This document shows positions 60,533 to 64,000 of a DNA stretch of 64,000 nt, one piece after another. The translations under genes were made by a program, and so were the position numbers. A model generated the notes under the pieces. That model was not told the origin of the DNA and searched no databases. It saw only the letters and a list, made by a program, of their open reading frames with translations. Within the stretch, counting starts at the first letter, position 1. Each line of letters starts with the position of its first letter. Source of the DNA: Vulcanimicrobiota bacterium (GTDB taxonomy: Bacteria > Vulcanimicrobiota > Xenobia > Xenobiales > JADMJV01); NCBI GenBank assembly GCA_050250895.1, contig JBFWNU010000001.1, positions 3,459,247 to 3,523,246 of the forward strand, given 5' to 3'.

Positions 60533-62179
60533 ATGCAAAGCGATGCGATCGTGGTCGGAGCCGGGCTGGCCGGGTTGGTGGCGACAGCCGAATTGGCCGC
60601 GGCAGGCAAGCGGGTCGTGCTCGTGGACCAGGAGTCCGAGGCGAACCTGGGGGGGCAGGCCTTCTGGTCGCTGGGCGGATTGTTTCTGGTCGATTCGCCC
60701 GAGCAGAGGCGCTTGCGCATTCGCGACAGCTACGAGTTGGCGCTGGCCGACTGGTTGGGCACAGCCGGGTTCGACCGCGAGGAAGACCATTGGCCGATGC
60801 GCTGGGCCACAGCTTACGTCGACTTTGCCGCTGGCGAAAAGCGAGCCTGGCTCAGCCAGCGGGGCTTTCGCTTTTTTCCGGTGGTGGGCTGGGCCGAACG
60901 AGGCGGTCAAGGCGCCATCGGTCACGGCAACTCGGTGCCGCGCTTTCATGTGACCTGGGGGGCGGGACCGGGGGTGGTCGAGCCGTTCGAGCGGCTGGTG
61001 CGCCAGGCTGCCGAGCGGGGGTTGGTCACCTTCAAGTTTCGTCACCGGGTCGAGCGACTCGAGCGAAAGGACGGGGCTGTCACCGGTATCTCGGGTCAGG
61101 TGCTCAAAGACGACGGGGCCCAGCGCGGGTATCCCACCAACCGCGAAGTGGTGGGCGACTTTGCCTTCGAGGCGCCGGCGGTGATCGTGACCTCAGGCGG
61201 CATCGGGGCCAATCATGAGCTGGTGCGCAAGAACTGGCCCCAGCGTCTGGGCCAGGCTCCCCGGCGGCTCTTGACCGGCGTGCCTGACTACGTCGACGGA
61301 CGCATGCTGGCAGTGGCCGAGCAGGCCGGGGCCCGGCTCATCAACCGCGACCGAATGTGGCACTACACCGAGGGCATCGCCAACTGGGACTCTATCTGGA
61401 CGGGCCATGGCATCCGCATCTTGCCCGGCCCCTCCTCGATGTGGTTTGACGCCACCGGCAAGCGACTCCCCGTGCCGCTCTTTCCGGGCTTTGACACGCT
61501 GGCCACCCTCGAGCATATCCTCAAAACAGGTTATGACTATTCGTGGTTTATCTTGACCCAGAAGATCATCGAGAAAGAGTTCGCGCTTTCGGGTTCAGAG
61601 CAAAATCCCGACCTGACCGGCAAGAGCTTATGGAAGTTGTTGCAGCGGCTGGGCCCGGGGGCGCCTCCTCCGGTCGAGGCCTTCAAGCAGAAGGGGGCGG
61701 ACTTCGTGGTGGCCCGCGAGCTGGGTGAACTGGTGCATGGCATGAACGCCCTCACTCCCGAGCCCCTTTTGGATGCGGCCTCGATCGAGCATCAGATTCG
61801 GGTACGAGACGGGCAACTCGACAACCCCTTCTGTAAAGACCTGCAGGTGGTGGCTTTGCGCGGCTCTCGCAACTATCTGGGAGATCGCTTGCTGCGAGTG
61901 GCCGCTCCTCACAAGCTTCTCGACCCGGCCGCCGGGCCACTCATCGCCGTGCGCCTCAACATTCTCACCCGCAAGACCCTGGGTGGGCTCGAGACCGACC
62001 TCTCGGCTCGCGTGATCGGGGCTGATGGCCAGCCGATCGGGGGGCTGTATGCGGCCGGTGAGGTGGCCGGCTTCGGCGGGGGAGGCATGCACGGCTACCG
62101 CGCTTTGGAAGGAACCTTCTTGGGGGGCTGTATCTTCTCGGGTCGGACTGCCGGCCGCGCCGCCGCAGGGGCTGTTTAA
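60533..62179 (+). CDS. FAD-binding dehydrogenase (COG3573-like, fumarate reductase/KstD-type flavoprotein fold)
   Basis: ATG at 60533 gives MQSDAIVVGAGLAGLVATAELAAAGKRVVLVDQE (GxGxxG). C-terminal GLYAAGEVAGFGGGGMHG. The track's N-terminal extension runs through the repeats. Confidence 0.82.
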   Translation: MQSDAIVVGAGLAGLVATAELAAAGKRVVLVDQESEANLGGQAFWSLGGLFLVDSPEQRRLRIRDSYELALADWLGTAGFDREEDHWPMRWATAYVDFAAGEKRAWLSQRGFRFFPVVGWAERGGQGAIGHGNSVPRFHVTWGAGPGVVEPFERLVRQAAERGLVTFKFRHRVERLERKDGAVTGISGQVLKDDGAQRGYPTNREVVGDFAFEAPAVIVTSGGIGANHELVRKNWPQRLGQAPRRLLTGVPDYVDGRMLAVAEQAGARLINRDRMWHYTEGIANWDSIWTGHGIRILPGPSSMWFDATGKRLPVPLFPGFDTLATLEHILKTGYDYSWFILTQKIIEKEFALSGSEQNPDLTGKSLWKLLQRLGPGAPPPVEAFKQKGADFVVARELGELVHGMNALTPEPLLDAASIEHQIRVRDGQLDNPFCKDLQVVALRGSRNYLGDRLLRVAAPHKLLDPAAGPLIAVRLNILTRKTLGGLETDLSARVIGADGQPIGGLYAAGEVAGFGGGGMHGYRALEGTFLGGCIFSGRTAGRAAAGAV

Positions 62180-62184
62180 GAACA

Positions 62185-62207
62185 AAGCCGCACTTTTGGT
62201 GCGGCTT
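62185..62207 (+). terminator. Candidate terminator hairpin (no clear T-run)
   Basis: AAGCCGCAC-ttttg-GTGCGGCTT, 6 nt after the stop at 62179. The T tract is weak, so confidence is low. Confidence 0.35.
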
Positions 62208-62415
62208 GCCTCTACCCGATACGGCAGACGAAAACGGCTACGGCGTACATCAACGCCAGAAGCATGAACGGTTCCACTGGATATTCCTCCGGTCGAAGTT
62301 CCTCGCACACATGTTTGGTCCGATGAACGTTATTCCTCTCCAGGGGGAGAAAAATTCAATTCGAGGCTATCCAGCCGGCGGCAGGGTCAGGCCGGCGTCG
62401 GTTGAAGGCCCAGGC

Positions 62416-63447
62416 GTGCTAAACAAGAAGTCCATCGAATATCTACGGAGTCTGGTCGAGTGCCATGGAGGGCCCGGCTACGAGCAGGGCGTCCAACAAC
62501 TTTTTCGCGAGCGGGTCGAGGCGTGTTGCCAGCAACTCGAGACCGATCGCCTGGGCTCGGTCGTGGCCGTGCGCAATCCTGAGGGTTCCCCGCGTATCTT
62601 GCTCGACGCCCATGCTGACGAGATTGCCTTTGTGGTCAAGCATATCGACGAGCAGGGCTTCTTGCACCTGGCCGCCTCGGGGGGCTGGGACGCCGAAGTG
62701 GTGGTCGGCCAGCGCGTGTTGGTGCATGGTATCGAGGGGCCGCGGTCGGGAGTGATCGGCAAGAAGGCTATCCACCTGATGGAGGAGTCCGAACTCTCGA
62801 AGAAATCGCAACTCGAGAAGCTGTGGGTCGACCTGGGGGCGCGCGACGGCGAGCAGGCGCGCCAGTGGGTCGAGATCGGCGACTCGGTGACGATGCACGC
62901 GCCTTTCACTCGGTTGCTCAACAATTGCGCCACCGCCAAGTCGTTCGACAACCGAGCCGGCCTGTTCGTGGTCAGCGAGACCCTGCGGGGGCTCAAGAAG
63001 TTCAAGGCGGCCGTCCATGGAGTCTCGGCGGTGCAAGAAGAGATCGGCTTGCGGGGGGCGGTGGCCACTGCCTATGCGGTCGAGCCCGACATCGCCGTGG
63101 CCATCGATGTCACTCACGCCAACGACCAGCCCGATGGCGACCCTCGCAGAGTGGGCGACATCAAGTTGGGCAAGGGCCCGGTCATCGTGCGTGGGCCCAA
63201 CGTCTGTCCCCAGGTGTTCGAGCGGCTGGTAAAGGTGGCCAGGAAGGGCAAGATCCCTCACCAGGTCGCCGCCAGCGGCCGTGGTACCGGCACCGATGCC
63301 AACGTGATCCAGTTGAGTCGAAGCGGCGTCTCGACGGGACTGATCGGCCTGCCCTTGCGTTACATGCATAATCCTTGCGAGGTGCTCTCGCTCGAGGACC
63401 TCGAGAGCGCGGTCCGCTTGTTGATCGCCTTCGTCGAGTCCTACTAG
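62416..63447 (+). CDS. M42 family metallopeptidase (glutamyl aminopeptidase / FrvX-like)
   Basis: GTG at 62416 gives LNKKSIEYLRSLVECHGGPGYEQ (typical M42 N-terminus). LLDAHADEIAFVV, SFDNRAG, VQEEIGLRGA, IAIDVTHA, RYMHNPCEV. Confidence 0.85.
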   Translation: MLNKKSIEYLRSLVECHGGPGYEQGVQQLFRERVEACCQQLETDRLGSVVAVRNPEGSPRILLDAHADEIAFVVKHIDEQGFLHLAASGGWDAEVVVGQRVLVHGIEGPRSGVIGKKAIHLMEESELSKKSQLEKLWVDLGARDGEQARQWVEIGDSVTMHAPFTRLLNNCATAKSFDNRAGLFVVSETLRGLKKFKAAVHGVSAVQEEIGLRGAVATAYAVEPDIAVAIDVTHANDQPDGDPRRVGDIKLGKGPVIVRGPNVCPQVFERLVKVARKGKIPHQVAASGRGTGTDANVIQLSRSGVSTGLIGLPLRYMHNPCEVLSLEDLESAVRLLIAFVESY

Positions 63448-63479
63448 GGGCAAGCGCGAGGGCGGCGAATCAGGCCAGC

Positions 63480-64000
63480 GTGAACGACGGACGTTACGAG
63501 CTGGCCAACATCGCTCGACTGGTGGTCGACAGCGAGTCGACCGAGGACGAGATGACCCTGGTCTTTCTTTGCGTGGTCAGCGGCCGCGAGACGGCGGTCC
63601 AGTGGCCGCTGAGCAAGGGAGTGAGTGTCGAGCAGTCGATCTTTGACGCTTTTCGCTCCGTCGAGAAAGAGTTCTTCTGGGACGGGCGCCGCTGGATCGG
63701 ATGGGATGCCAACGACCTGGTGGTGACCTTCCTGGGCCTGCTCGAACGCGACGAGTTAACCGGTTTCGAGAATCGGGTTTTGCTGGCCCGGGCCCTGCAC
63801 GAGGTTTTGTGCACCGATGGCGTGTTGGCTCCCGAGGAGGAGAAGATGTTCGCCCAGTTCTGCCCCGAGTTCACCGACATGCCGGCCTTTGAACCGCTGC
63901 GCGACGAGGACTATCAAGGCCTGAGTCGGCGGGGTCGGGATGCCCTCTACGCCTTCTGTTGCGCCATGGCCATGTGCGACTTTGATTTGCACGACAGCGA
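63480..64000 (+). CDS. Partial hypothetical protein running off the window end (possibly TerB-like)
   Basis: My translation from the GTG at 63480 is open to the window end: MNDGRYELANIARLVVDSESTEDEMTLVFLCVV...TDGVLAPEEEKMFAQF...AFCCAMAMCDFDLHDS. GC3-rich codon usage. The listed minus ORF 63494-63880 is Ser/Arg-rich shadow. Confidence 0.6.
   Translation, partial: MNDGRYELANIARLVVDSESTEDEMTLVFLCVVSGRETAVQWPLSKGVSVEQSIFDAFRSVEKEFFWDGRRWIGWDANDLVVTFLGLLERDELTGFENRVLLARALHEVLCTDGVLAPEEEKMFAQFCPEFTDMPAFEPLRDEDYQGLSRRGRDALYAFCCAMAMCDFDLHDS

Noticed and set aside
59566-60953. ORFs through the 59-60 kb repeats, and the N-terminal 124-aa extension of the FAD dehydrogenase ORF (60161-60532)
   Set aside because: The translations are repeat-derived (APYRAWPGLARSTARGSAEFGTWWRR...; SLLPPERSEGSFLPKG...). 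The dehydrogenase has a canonical GxGxxG N-terminus starting at the ATG at 60533.

Overview
High-GC bacterial chromosomal window (roughly mid-60s % by eye, not computed). It is densely coding on both strands, and many gene pairs overlap by 1-14 nt, which suggests translational coupling. All calls rest on reading the supplied translations and the DNA for motifs; no database or HMM search was possible. I saw no rRNA, CRISPR array, transposase or integrase. Housekeeping genes: lepA, an A-type Fe-S carrier, a NifS-like cysteine desulfurase plus IscU/NifU-like scaffold, endonuclease V, Dps, a split MnmC-like pair, tRNA-Ser(UGA), TerC, an S9 peptidase and an M42 peptidase. Two-component signalling is very dense: about 8 histidine kinases, about 8 receiver proteins, and a CheY-CheC-hybrid kinase module. 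Main find (15.16-24.3 kb, next to tRNA-Ser): a lasso-peptide-like RiPP cluster. It has an Asn-synthetase-like cyclase and a PqqD/RRE protein. I found a 44-aa precursor ORF (19881-20015, minus strand) that is too short for the ORF track; it has Thr at -2, core GGPYDIEDQDGAFYRAS and a C-terminal Ser. The tailoring load is unusually heavy: four sulfotransferases, two HPr-kinase-related kinases, a GT8 glycosyltransferase and a 2OG-Fe(II) oxygenase. No B2 leader protease or ABC exporter is visible. Second candidate system (54.4-58.8 kb): a tightly coupled operon of a urea-transporter-like/M23 peptidase fusion, a PqqD-like protein, an ATP-grasp ligase and a PLP decarboxylase, with no obvious substrate gene. 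The window also holds three blocks of GC-rich intergenic tandem repeats (28.0-28.6 kb and 59.4-60.5 kb) and several lineage-specific proteins that lack a signal peptide. The ORF track also omits a real-looking partial ORF at the right edge (63480 to the window end).
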